Notes under the pieces: generated by a model
Told to the model about the DNA's origin: nothing
Databases searched by the model: none
What the model saw: the letters and a program-made list of their open reading frames with translations, nothing else
Part shown: piece after piece, positions 50,647 to 64,000 of the stretch
How positions within the stretch are numbered: position 1 is the stretch's first letter
How the letters are laid out: every line of letters starts with the position of its first letter
Made by a program: the position numbers and the translations under genes
From: Eledone cirrhosa
Taxonomy: Eukaryota
Length of the DNA: 64,000 bases
NCBI GenBank assembly: GCA_964016885.1
Contig: OZ024741.1
Coordinates: 276,830,001 to 276,894,000 of the forward strand
Reading direction: 5' to 3'

Positions 50647-51147
50647 AATAGTTCAGAGATTAGAAAATATAAAAAGCGTGAGATGTGAGTGTGCATGTGT
50701 TGTTTTTAATTGTGTGTGTGTATCAGCGTATATGTTGATGGAATGGTCTTTATATTGGTGTGTAAGTGTGTTTGGCGGTATTAACATTATCTGTGGTTTG
50801 TCTCTGAGTCTAACAGATATACAAGAAATTATTTATGACAAATATGTATCTGTTCATATGTGTGTAAATGTGTGTGTGTGTGTGTGTGAGTGTGTGCGAA
50901 AATTAAACGGAAAACAATACAGCGAAGGATACAGTAGACTGAAGACATATAAACATTAGTTTAATGCTTAACATAGTAGGAACAGTGTCGTAACGTTTCG
51001 GGCGTTTGTCTTTCATCAAAAGATAGAATGAGAATTAAAAGATAGAGGAAGAAACGAAAAAAGTTTTTGAAGGAAAATCCCGTGTGTTCAGTTACCCATT
51101 TTGGGGAAGTGTGTCTATATATATACACGCACACACACACACACACG

Positions 51148-51258
<111 letters not shown>

Positions 51259-51396
51259 GTATATCTTAGGATTTTACTTGTTTTAAAATAGTAAGACCAT
51301 TATTCAGCAGAGGACTGGATACTTGGGATACTAGTGTGTAACTATATTAGAGAGAGATGGAACCCGACGGCTGAGGTAATTCTTCGACTCTCTCTA

Positions 51397-51485
<89 letters not shown>

Positions 51486-51489
51486 TATC

Positions 51490-51573
<84 letters not shown>

Positions 51574-53770
51574 AGTGGAAGTTTAGTAAAATAGAAGTTT
51601 GGGCTGTGGCCAAGCTAACGACCTACAATTAGGAATGTGCAGCAAAGCACTCGATAAGGCCAGAGTTATAACATACGTTTAGACAGCTTGACGAATTGAA
51701 AATTGCGGCATGTAAGCCTAGCCACATAATACCAAATCAACGAATATATACGTAAGTATATGGATACATATAAAAGTGTCCATCCATTATAATTTTGGCT
51801 CAATGAATGAATTAACTAAATCATTAATCCATTAGTCAGAGCATTATAAAATTATTGATAGGTAAAGTAATTAAGACAACAAAAGAATTACCTCAAAATA
51901 CTTTAATGATTCCGACTGCAGTTTCGTCCTTATGACCAGCCTAAATATTCTAATAATTTAACATATTCCCCGATGGGGAATCTTCTCAGACCTAGAGAAA
52001 TTTTGAGTGACTATCACCACCGATGTCTTTTTTGAAAGGGAAATAGCAGTTCGTTTAAGCTTTCTTCAATCGACAACAACAACAATAATAACAACAACGA
52101 CGACGACAACAACAACGACAACGTATAAACTGGATTTAAACCCACAATGTAAAGACCCGGATCAAATACCACATGGCATTTTGCCCGACACCTTAACGGC
52201 TTGGATGACCAAATATTAAAAATGGTTTTAACTCCTTTGTATAAATTTAAGTCATATTTCCTCATTATGTAACTGAAATAAGGCGGAGAAAGTCGAATAG
52301 AATGCTTTGTGGTATTCGCCACCCCACTCTCTTTCTCTCTCTGTACTCCAAGTTCAATGTTGCCGGTGTAAATTTTGCCTTTCATCCTTTCGAGATCGAT
52401 AAATAAAGTATCAGTCCAGTATTTGAATCGATTCTATGTATCCCCTCACTCCGTCTTCTTTTCTCTTTTTCTTTCTTTCTCTAGAAGAAATCGACTTTGT
52501 TCAAACCCAGAGAACGATGTGCCCCGCTAGGTTTAAATGCGAAAGACACACGCAAGGGTGCCCCTACTACACAAATGAAGAGTTGTGGGCCTACACCCCC
52601 ACCGCAAAGAGAATATGCAACTACGAATATCCATTAGTCTCCTATCCACCCAGGACCTCCATAACTTGTGTATGTTGGACCTCTGTCGGTTCCGATTAGG
52701 AGTGTTCCAGCTGCTCGAAGAACAACGTTACCGTCTGCTTATGAAATTAAGATGCAAGTAGCTGAGCATTCCACGGGCATGTGTACTCTTAACATAATTC
52801 TCAGGGAGATTCAGCACTTGTTCTTTGAATTACCGATACAATTCATTTTCAACTATTTTTTTGTCAGCTGAGTTGACTGGAGCAAAGTGAAATAAAATGT
52901 CTTGCTGAAGGACACAGCGCCTAAGTGAGTCGAATTCATGACCTAACGATCGCGTGCCGAACATCCTATCCTCTAAGCCACCCTTCTTCATTTTATTCCT
53001 GTAAAGCTGTGTTAAAAGACAAAGATTTGAACTCGTAATGTGTGTGTGTGACAGCTCACACCGATGCAGGATTAGCTGGCCTCCTCTAAGGTATATCTCG
53101 TTGGAGGTGTCTTGGGTAATTTAATGATAGGGACTCCAGTCCTATCATTTCATTTCTACAGCTGAGTAAACTGGAGCAACGTGAAATAAAATGTCTTGCT
53201 CAAGGAAACAACACATTACCCGGTCCGAGAATTGAACTTACAACTTTTCGATTGCAAGCCCAATGGTCTAACCACTAAGCCATGCGCCTTCACACTCGTA
53301 ATGTGCAGAACCGTAACTAAGAACCGTAACTAAATGGCATTTTGTCCAACGCTTTGCCAATACTGCCACCTCCACCACTGTATCTAGTCTAAATACCGAT
53401 CAATAAATCTACCACGCCATCCCAAACACCGACTAATTTAACTATCATCAACACCACCACTACCACTGCCACCACCACCACCACCACCACCACCACCAAT
53501 ACCAGCCTCCACTCCCTGTGTATCTCATCGATTCGATTATATACTACAGCGACATCAGACCGACATTCCAAAACTTGTTGCTTGCTGCACCAAAATGCAC
53601 ACCAGTTTACACATCTATCACGGACTTTATTTTGTATACGCATGCACGCGTGTGCAGGCGTATGAGTGTGCGTATGTGTGTGTGTGTTTGTGTTTGTGTG
53701 TGTGTGTGTGTGTATGTGTATTTGGCCGCGTGAGTGTGTGTTTGTGTGGTGTGTTTTTGTTTCTTTGATA

Positions 53771-54430
53771 AATTAATAATTGTTTCTACTTTTGGCACAA
53801 GGCCAGCAATTACCCAGCGTTTTACTGGTACTTTATTTTATCGACCCCATAAGGATGAAAGGCAAAGTTAACCTCGACGGGATTTGAACTCAGAATGGCA
53901 AGGATCGTAACTCTATGCTATAAAGCATGTCATCTGACCCTCTACCACACTGCCAATCCACCGCCCTTTGATAAATTAATAATGGTTTCTAGTTTGGGCA
54001 CAATGCCAGCTATTTAAAGGGAAGGGAAAGTCATTTGCATCGACCCCGGTACTTTATTTTATCGACCCCATGTGTATGAAAGGCAAAGTTGATCTCGACG
54101 AGATTTGAAGCCAGTACATGGAAAGCCGTAATGAAATATTTACAATGCATTACTTCACCCGACTCTCTACCGATGCTGCCAATCAACCGCCATTTAAGAC
54201 AGAGGTATAATGGTTTCTGATTTAGGGACAAGGCCAGCAATTTTGGCGGGGTTAGGGGAACGTTGATTAAATTGACCCCAGTGCGTGACTTGTACTTTAT
54301 TTTATTGACCACGTAAGGATGAAAGGCAAAGCTAACCTCGCCGAGATTTGAACACAGCACGTAAAGGGCTGTAACTCTATGCTGCAAAGCATGTTGTCCG
54401 GTGCTCTACCAATTCTGCTAGCAGGCCTCC
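53771..54430 (-). mobile_element. Three head-to-tail main-family SINE copies
   Basis: Copies at 53771-53966, 53972-54191 and 54206-54430. Confidence 0.85.
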
Positions 54431-54859
54431 CTCGAGACAGAAGTATAATAAAGTCGTGTATAGGCCTCTATAAAATATGACTGTTTCATAAACATGAGCG
54501 CAGGGATGACTCTGTGATTAAGGAGTTCACATTTCAACCACATGGTTTCGGGTTCACTCTGGTTCCACCACCTACACCACTGTGCTCAATCCTAAGCAGA
54601 TAGGAAGTTGTCAGTTAGAGACTTTATAAATTATATGTAAATCTACTTAAACAATTTATTCAATATACAAAATCTCACAAAGTTATGAAAAGCCGTTGAC
54701 ATTATATATATATTTAGTAATATCTGATAAAAACAAACCACTATTAAAGGGAACAGAAAAGGAAGAAGAAAAAGAAAATGGAAAGGAGAAAAAGAAAGAA
54801 GGATCAAACAATAAAAGAAAAGTAGAGGGGGAGAGAGTCATTACACCCCAGTCAGAGCA

Positions 54860-55190
54860 GTGTCTCAGCTACTCCCCGCGGACAAAACGCCAAAAGTGTT
54901 ACCACGGAGAATGGCCAGTAACACCTGTTGCCACATCAACCTCACCTGACGGACTCCTTCCTCAAGTGGCTTCAGTCTTTCCGATTTTACGGAGGAAATC
55001 AGCAGTGCGGGGAAGAATGACACCAGACATCTCGACGGAGACCGGTGCAAAGAGAAAGCTGTCAGTCACGCCCCGGTGTTTGACTATCTTCTTCTCCTCC
55101 ACGTTGCGAGCAGCGGGGCCGGGTTTATGACCGAAGCAACAAGGCTGGAGGCGGAGAAAGTGTCGCTGCACGTCGGATGAAGTAGCCTTT
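54860..55190 (-). pseudogene. CRE-like non-LTR retrotransposon C-terminus (restriction-like endonuclease region), frameshifted
   Basis: TCSDTFSASSL...PGPAARNVEEKKIVKH...FLFAPVSVEMSGVILPRTADFLRKIG...QQVLLAILRGNTFGVL. Confidence 0.7.
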
Positions 55191-55547
55191 TAATTGAATG
55201 ATTTTTAATGCCACTCTTGAAATTTTCCACTACTTACAACCCCAGCAAAAACATAATAATTTTTTTGTCCACTCCCTTGTACCCATCATTGCCTCACTCC
55301 CTTGTACCCATCATTGCCTCCGAAACGTAACCTTTTACTCAATTTTGCTGTCTGATGAAATCACGATATTGGTTAAATAATCAGGTGACCATGAGTGTGA
55401 TTGAAATATGTATTACGGGTTTATTAAAAAAGGACTCTTTAACATTTACAACTTCACATTTTCTTCATTCTAATTATATTCCGTCATCCTTATTTTGAAG
55501 AAGTAACATGACGTCGAGTCCTTGATTTGAATTCCATCCATATCTAC

Positions 55548-55709
<162 letters not shown>

Positions 55710-55994
55710 GAGTTGCTCATACACATGTGCTTCGGGTTTCCCTCTTCGGTTTGTTGTTTCCCGTTTTTTCGCTGTTTTTTTTTCCCTTTTTCTTCCCGTT
55801 TCCCTTCTGTTTTTTCTCTCCCCCAATAACTTCCTTTAGTTATTGACGCACTGGGGTTAGCTATCTTGTCTTTAATGTGTAGAAATATCTATGATCCCCA
55901 GCAGACAACTGACGAAGGAAAATTTTCTCCCGTTCGTGCTTTCCTCTTATTTATAAATACACCTTATCTAGCAACTAGACAGCCCCTGTTTCTT

Positions 55995-56096
<102 letters not shown>

Positions 56097-56099
56097 TAT

Positions 56100-56147
<48 letters not shown>

Positions 56148-56715
56148 CTGTGTGTGTGTGTGTGTGTATACACACACAAATTTAAACGGTATACAGAAAG
56201 ATGTTCCCATATATTTAGTTGCGAAACAACTAGTATTATGTAGATATATATATAGAACGACAAATGATAAATATACTCACTTAAAGAAACAATCATGTCA
56301 AAATTGCTTAAAGTTCACTTATATGGACGATTCATGAAATTCCAGAACATGATGCTTATAACCAATTGTAATGATTGGGTTCAATCACCAATTATCGATG
56401 TTGGTAATAAGCAATATTAAGACCAAGAAATATCATTCGTCAGTAATTAAGATCTTGTCTATATATATCTCACTCTGCACATTAACTGGTTATCTGCACA
56501 AGCAAGACGCTCGAATAAAGCTGCATGATACTAAATTAACACCTTATGGAAAGGTAGATATTACAGGACTGATGAATGATATTCCTTGTTGATTGAGTTC
56601 AATCATTAAAATCAGTTATATGTATGATGTTCTGGAATGTCATGCAACGGCCGTGAACTTTATGGAGTTTGGCATGATTCTTTCTATAAATGAGTACAGA
56701 TATTATTTTTCGTTC

Positions 56716-56923
<208 letters not shown>

Positions 56924-57087
56924 TCATACTAAGTAGTTGTTTCTCAACTAGATATATGGAAAAGATTTTTTTGTATATCACTTAAATTTGTATAAATTAT
57001 GGTCTGAGTTTAATGTGCATTGAGATTTCTTTCTGGAGTAACATAATCAATATATATTTTATGTGGAGGTTAAACCTAATTATAGTC

Positions 57088-57173
<86 letters not shown>

Positions 57174-57175
57174 TC

Positions 57176-57232
<57 letters not shown>

Positions 57233-57234
<2 letters not shown>

Positions 57235-57490
57235 TGGCGGACTGGCCAGGTTGCTCAATGGCAGGTGGGACCCAGGGACCCCCACAGTAGCATTGCAGTA
57301 GCCCACAGTAACAATCCAGAGCCCACCGTAGTATTTTAGGGGCTAATGCTTTGCTTTCAAAAAATACATGCAGTCTAAGAGAAAGAATAAACATTTTTTA
57401 AAAATAAATCAAACAATTATGCAAAGCATTTGGTTAACCAATTTCCCAGGGAATTAATAGAAACCAAAATATATGATAGCGCAACTAGCT
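57233..57490 (+). mobile_element. DNA-transposon-like terminus (CAGTGGCGGA...), repeated at 59260-59495
   Basis: Two ~250 bp direct copies, each starting right after a microsatellite. Confidence 0.5.
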
Positions 57491-57970
57491 TAAGTAGGAG
57501 CAATAACATTAAGAAAGACACGAACAACATCACATCATTTTATATTGAAAATTTTGAAAGTAGGTTTATAAGAAGGAATTTTCAGTAGATTTTGGTAACT
57601 GTCTCTGTGGCCTAGTTGTAGGTACTAGAGACGGTGGAGATCCTGATCTTGGGTTCAATTCTGGTCAAGAGGTACATGTAATCCCTTTCAGTTTTTATTT
57701 TACATCTCATAGAAGAAGAAAATCTGAAATGGTTTACTGGGAAACCTACTCCCTACCAGGATCGAACCTGGATCACCAACATCTACGGTTCCTCCAACTA
57801 GGCCGCCAAAACAGCTACAAATGTACAATGAAAATTAATAATTATTAACCTACTTTCAAAATCAAAATTAAAAAGATATAGTGTCGTTCATGTCTTTCCT
57901 AGAGCTATTAGTAATATTTACGGTCGACTTGTCAATCTTCTGGCTCTTTCGAAACAACCTTATTATTTCT

Positions 57971-58156
57971 GGATTGGCAGTATCGGTAGAGGGTCGGACG
58001 CCATGCTTTCCAGCATAGTTACGTCCCTTTACGATCTGAGTTCAAATCCCGCCGAGGTTGACTTTGCCTTTCATCCTTACGGGGTCGATAACATAAAGTA
58101 CCACTAATGCACTGGGTAATTGCTGGCCTTGTGCCTAAAGTAGAAACACTTATTAT
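57971..58156 (+). mobile_element. Main-family SINE
   Basis: Same sequence as the 46673 copy. Confidence 0.88.
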
Positions 58157-58210
58157 TTCTATGTGTGTTTAAAAGATCAATTAATTTAATTTGATTATTT
58201 TAACAAACAA

Positions 58211-58285
<75 letters not shown>

Positions 58286-58783
58286 AATAAACGTGCTGCG
58301 TGGTTGCAAATGGGTTACATATGAATAAAGTTAGTCCTTCATCAGTGATCTTCCAACCATCATTGGTATTTCATCGCTTTAAAGACCATATACCTCCGGT
58401 TGGTGCGAGCAACGACTAAAAAAAGTCCTTGGCACACGTAAATAAATGGGACACGAGAGTGTAAACAAACAAAGATGTTGGAGCAACGAAAAGTGAGGAA
58501 GAACGAGTCAAGTCCCAAATTTCTATGAATATAAGTTCGGTGAAATCGTGAACGAGAGAGAATAAAGACCATCAAACCTGGTTGGAATGTGAGCAAGGAA
58601 GGAATTCCGTACAGGTCTAACGGGGGGAAGAAGGAATCTAGTCTGTGAATTCGGTGAACATAAGTTCTGTGAAATCGTAGACGAGAGAGAGAAAAAAAGG
58701 CGAACCAGCCTGACCAAGCGTGCGAAAGAAAAGAATTACGCACAGGTCAAACGCAAACTCATAAAAAGGTAATTTATTCCGAG

Positions 58784-58896
58784 TGCTTACAAATGTTTCA
58801 ACAGTAGTTATACAGCCTAGTCATGGTATGTGCAAATTGGTAATTATTTGCAGAAACTCAATTTTCAAATGCTGCTTCTATCGTTTCCTTAGAGCA
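58784..58896 (-). ncRNA. Decayed hammerhead-like motif with ~85 nt stem II, family J
   Basis: ugcu CUAAGGA aacgauag..gcagc...gcugu..cuacuguu GAAA cauuug UA agca, with AAUAAA 5 nt later. Confidence 0.5.
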
Positions 58897-58979
58897 GAAT
58901 GGTTAAAATGTAAATACCCTTGTATTTCATAAAGGAAGTTATTGGGGAAGATAGAGGAGAAAAGGAAGAGAGAAAGAAG

Positions 58980-59067
<88 letters not shown>

Positions 59068-59155
59068 CGCCAACTTTATCTAGTGTAGTAATTAACCATT
59101 ACTGCATTCAGGATAATCCTAAGCATTTCTTGCATAACCTAATATATACTAATAT

Positions 59156-59259
<104 letters not shown>

Positions 59260-59546
59260 ATAGTGTCGGACTGGCCAGGTTGCCCAATGCTACTGTGGGC
59301 TCCAGGGGGCCCACAGTAGCATTTCAGGGCACATTGTAGCATTTTAGGAGCCAATGCTTAGCTTTCAAAAAATACCTGAAGTCTAAGAGAAAGAATAAAA
59401 TGTTTAAAACAAATAAAACAATTAAGCAAAGTATTTGGTCAACCAATTCCCCAGGGAATTAACAGAAACCAAAATATATGATAGTGCAAATAGCTGGAAT
59501 CAGTGGTTGTACATTCTACTAAATCTAAAGCTTAGTGTATCCATTA

Positions 59547-59601
<55 letters not shown>

Positions 59602-59696
59602 AAAGTATATACTTTCCTTATGCATATTAACGGCTGAACAGCCTAATTTGCATATCGAGTGAGTTTCAAACGTTCAATCCACTGACAGGAAGGTAT

Positions 59697-59739
59697 ACGG
59701 TGCTGATGACAGCTAATAAGCTAGAAACTAGTTCATCGT
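59697..59739 (+). ncRNA. Minimal hammerhead ribozyme, family E
   Basis: acggtg CTGATGA c agct-aata-agct a GAAA ctag TT catcgt. Confidence 0.82.
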
Positions 59740-59980
59740 TCCTTTGTCAGAGTTGAACAAAAGGGCAACAATGGTTGCCGAACACTGTATGGCTTAATTC
59801 GGGCTGTTTGTTTACAAATAAACCGAACATTATAATAAATGTTCGGTAAACCCATACGTACATATATATATGTGTGCATGTATGTATATATATATATATA
59901 CATACTACTGTACGTCTGTATACATATATGTATGTATGTATACATACTTACATTTACATATATATACATATATATATATG

Positions 59981-60790
<810 letters not shown>

Positions 60791-61611
60791 ACAGCGTTGG
60801 TTTCGATTAGCTGATCCACTTACTCCTGAAATAATTAAGCAGGTCAATGTTTATTCTGTAAATATTTATAGCTTAAATATCACCCTACACTACTGGGATC
60901 CCGTTTACCACCACCACCACCACCACCACCACCACCACCACCACCACCACCACCACCACAACCACCTACACACACATACACACATACACACCCATAGAAA
61001 CACAAACACACACACCTAAACACGCGTACAGACACACCTAAACACTCGTACATACACATAAAGATACATACACACATACACAGGGCTATATATATAACGA
61101 CACAGACACCACTCCGCCTTTCACCATATTTATAGTTAAATCCTATCAATAATCCAACCCTTCCCCCTTCCCAGTCTCCCCACCACTACCCTACCCAACC
61201 CCCAACACCACCCCTCTACCTAATCCACCGCCCTCTCACCATGTCTCCCCACCTTGACTAATCTAACCCACCCTTACCCTACGCTACCCACCCTCTACCT
61301 AATCCACCGCCCTCTCTCCAGTCTCCCCACCTTGACTAATCAACCCCCACCCCTCTATCTAACATCCTTAAATCTCATCTATTAAGTCTACTGCAGCGAC
61401 ACCAGTGAGACATTCCAACACTTGTTGCTAAGCATCAACATCCCACCACCTGTTTTGTTTGTTTGTTGTTTTGTTTTTTTGGATGGGACGGTTCCTTAGT
61501 AACGGCAATGGATGGACACACACGCACACACATATATGTACACACGTACACACGTACACACATACATTTCAAATATATGTGTATGTATATATGTATGTAT
61601 GCATCTATGCA

Positions 61612-62020
61612 TCTATAATATATATAATATATACTGTAATATATATATATATAAAATATATATATATAAAATAATATATATATATATATATTATATATAT
61701 ATATAATATATACTGTAATATATATATATAATATATATAAATATATATAATATATCCTGTAATATATATATATATAAAATAATATATATATATATATATA
61801 ATATATACTGTAATATATATATATAATATATATAAATATATATAATATATACTGTAATATATATATATATAAAATATATATATATAAAATAATATATATA
61901 TATATATATTATATATATATATATATAATATATACTGTAATATATATATATAATATATATATATATATATAATATATACTGTAATATATATAATATATAT
62001 AAATATATATATATATTGAC
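61612..62020. repeat. AT-rich minisatellite (tatactgtaatata units)
   Basis: Direct inspection. Confidence 0.85.
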
Positions 62021-62053
62021 TTTGTATCATTCATGACACCCTTTACTTTGAAA

Positions 62054-62248
62054 GTAATAATTGTTTCTCCTTTTGGCACAAGGCCAGCAATTCACCAGTG
62101 TATTACTGGTACTTTATTTTATCGACCCCGTAAGGATGAAAGGCAAAGTTAACCTCGGCGGGATTTGAACTCAGAATGGCAAGGGCCGTAACTCTGTGCG
62201 TCAAAGCATGGCGTCCGACCCTCTACCGATACTGCCAATCCACCACCC
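62054..62248 (-). mobile_element. Main-family SINE, full length
   Basis: Reverse complement of the 46673/57971 copies. Confidence 0.88.
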
Positions 62249-62479
62249 TCGAAGTAGTAATAAATATAATAATATATATATATATATATATTTATATCAC
62301 CACTTGTGTTTAGCTTTAGTTTTTGCATTGTACTATATTTGTAATATGGGTTCAAAATGTTATTCACTTCCTTAGCAATTTTTACTTGATAATTTTCCTA
62401 CGCTTTAATGTATGTATACTCCATATTCTTCTGAGTTTTTGGCTTGTATTGGCCGATAGTGCTTCTTATAGCCTTACCT

Positions 62480-62517
62480 GCCCTGATGAGTCCTTAATAG
62501 GACGAAACATTGTTGGC
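62480..62517 (+). ncRNA. Canonical-core minimal hammerhead ribozyme, family F
   Basis: gcc CTGATGA gtcct-taat-aggac GAAA cattg TT ggc t AATAAA. Confidence 0.88.
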
Positions 62518-62880
62518 TAATAAAGACTTTTGATGTATTGAAGGCTTCTTTGGTTTATTTTCATAATTCTTCGGCTCTGTTTAATTACATTGAGCTATAT
62601 CTTTACTGTCATTTCTATAATATGAAGAGGGTGTTTAACCCCAACACACTCAAGTATTTTAATTCTTATATATATATATATATTATTTACATACATATAT
62701 ACATATAGATATATAGATATACATATACATACATATATACACACACACACACACACACATATGTACATATATATACATACAAACGTATGCACACACACAA
62801 ATACACACTCATACACCCCCATATACGTATATATATATATATATATATATATATAGCATTCAATTAAGAATCGATTGACA

Positions 62881-62933
<53 letters not shown>

Positions 62934-62936
62934 ATA

Positions 62937-63020
62937 CAGGGTGTCCCAAAAAGTCTATACACACTTCAATAGTATACTAATAAATATAGATATGTGTATA
63001 CATTTTTGGGAGACACCCTG
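62937..63020. mobile_element. 84 bp Tc1/mariner-type MITE in (TA)n
   Basis: TIRs cagggtgtcccaaaaa / tttttgggagacaccctg. Confidence 0.75.
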
Positions 63021-63036
63021 TGTATATATATATATA

Positions 63037-63105
<69 letters not shown>

Positions 63106-63252
63106 GTTTCTACTTTAGGCACAAGGCCAGCATATATATATATATATATATATAATATATAACTTTACTCATGTACTGAGATTTGTATTTCCCATTTATT
63201 CAAACAACCCTATCTATGCATGTTGATATATTATACACACAGACACAAACAA

Positions 63253-63295
<43 letters not shown>

Positions 63296-63724
63296 GGTGC
63301 GCGAGCGCGCGAGCGCACACACACAAACGCACACGCACACACACGAGCGTATGTAATGTATGTATGTATGCATGTATGTGTGTGCATATTTTGTCCATTC
63401 ATTGCTGTGTCTAAGGAACAAGTTTCATGAAAAAGAAAACATCAGGTGATGGGATGTTGATGCTAGCAACAAGTGATGGAATGTCTCACTGGTGTCGCTG
63501 CAGTAGACTGTATCGATGAGATTCAATGATGTTAGGTAGAAGGGTCGGGTGGAGACAGCCTAGTCTCTGTGGGGATTGAGGGGTGGGGCTGATTATTGTT
63601 CGAGTTTAACTATAAATAAGGCAGAAGGCGGAGTACTTGCTGTCTATGCCTACAAATTGCTTGTATTTTAAGATACTGTATTACAGCAGAACCTAGCGAA
63701 ATTGTAAGGGTATACCATTGTTGG

Positions 63725-63892
63725 AAGGTGATAAATTGACAGAGTCGTTAGAATGTCGGATTAAATGATTTGTGTTATTCGTTCCGGATCACAGCTCTCT
63801 GCTCTCTCAGTTCAAATCCCAGCGGGTTCAACTTTGCCTGTCTTCCTTTAGCGGTCGATACAAAAAGTACCAGTCTACTACTGGGGTCGATT
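63725..63892 (+). mobile_element. Diverged main-family SINE (long variant)
   Basis: gttcaaatccc...aactttgcc...aagtaccagtctactactggggtcgat. Confidence 0.7.
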
Positions 63893-64000
63893 CTTCCACT
63901 ATATCTCTTCCTCACTTCCTCTCTTTCACTTTTTATCCTTCTCAGGAAGAAATCTGCTGTGTTCAGACATGGAGAGGGGTGGGATCCACAAGGCTTAAAA

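Overview
Gene-free, repeat-saturated eukaryotic DNA. The tRNA-derived SINEs and dense (TA)n/(CA)n microsatellites suggest an octopus/cephalopod genome, but that is an inference. The only intact coding unit is a full-length Tx1/L1-clade non-LTR retrotransposon (minus strand, ORF1 and ORF2). It is stacked head-to-tail on a decayed second copy; both sit in (ATT)n tails, the older copy in the tail of a SINE. Other relics include RTE, CRE-like (restriction-like endonuclease) and Penelope GIY-YIG fragments, SINEs, MITEs, a Helitron-like element and several minisatellites. The most striking signal is about 25 minimal type-I hammerhead-ribozyme-like motifs from at least 12 different sequence families, read and folded by eye. 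They have palindromic stem III, show covariation between copies, often have a downstream AATAAA, and include non-canonical cores and very long stem II insertions. They lie in short non-coding modules inserted at (TA)n, often as fold-back palindromes, and in one ~2 kb circularly permuted element with a 1.2 kb inverted arm. Together these look like a Penelope/retrozyme-type ribozyme retroelement community. Most short ORFs in the track are microsatellite artefacts. No folding or homology software was run, and coordinates are approximate to a few bases.
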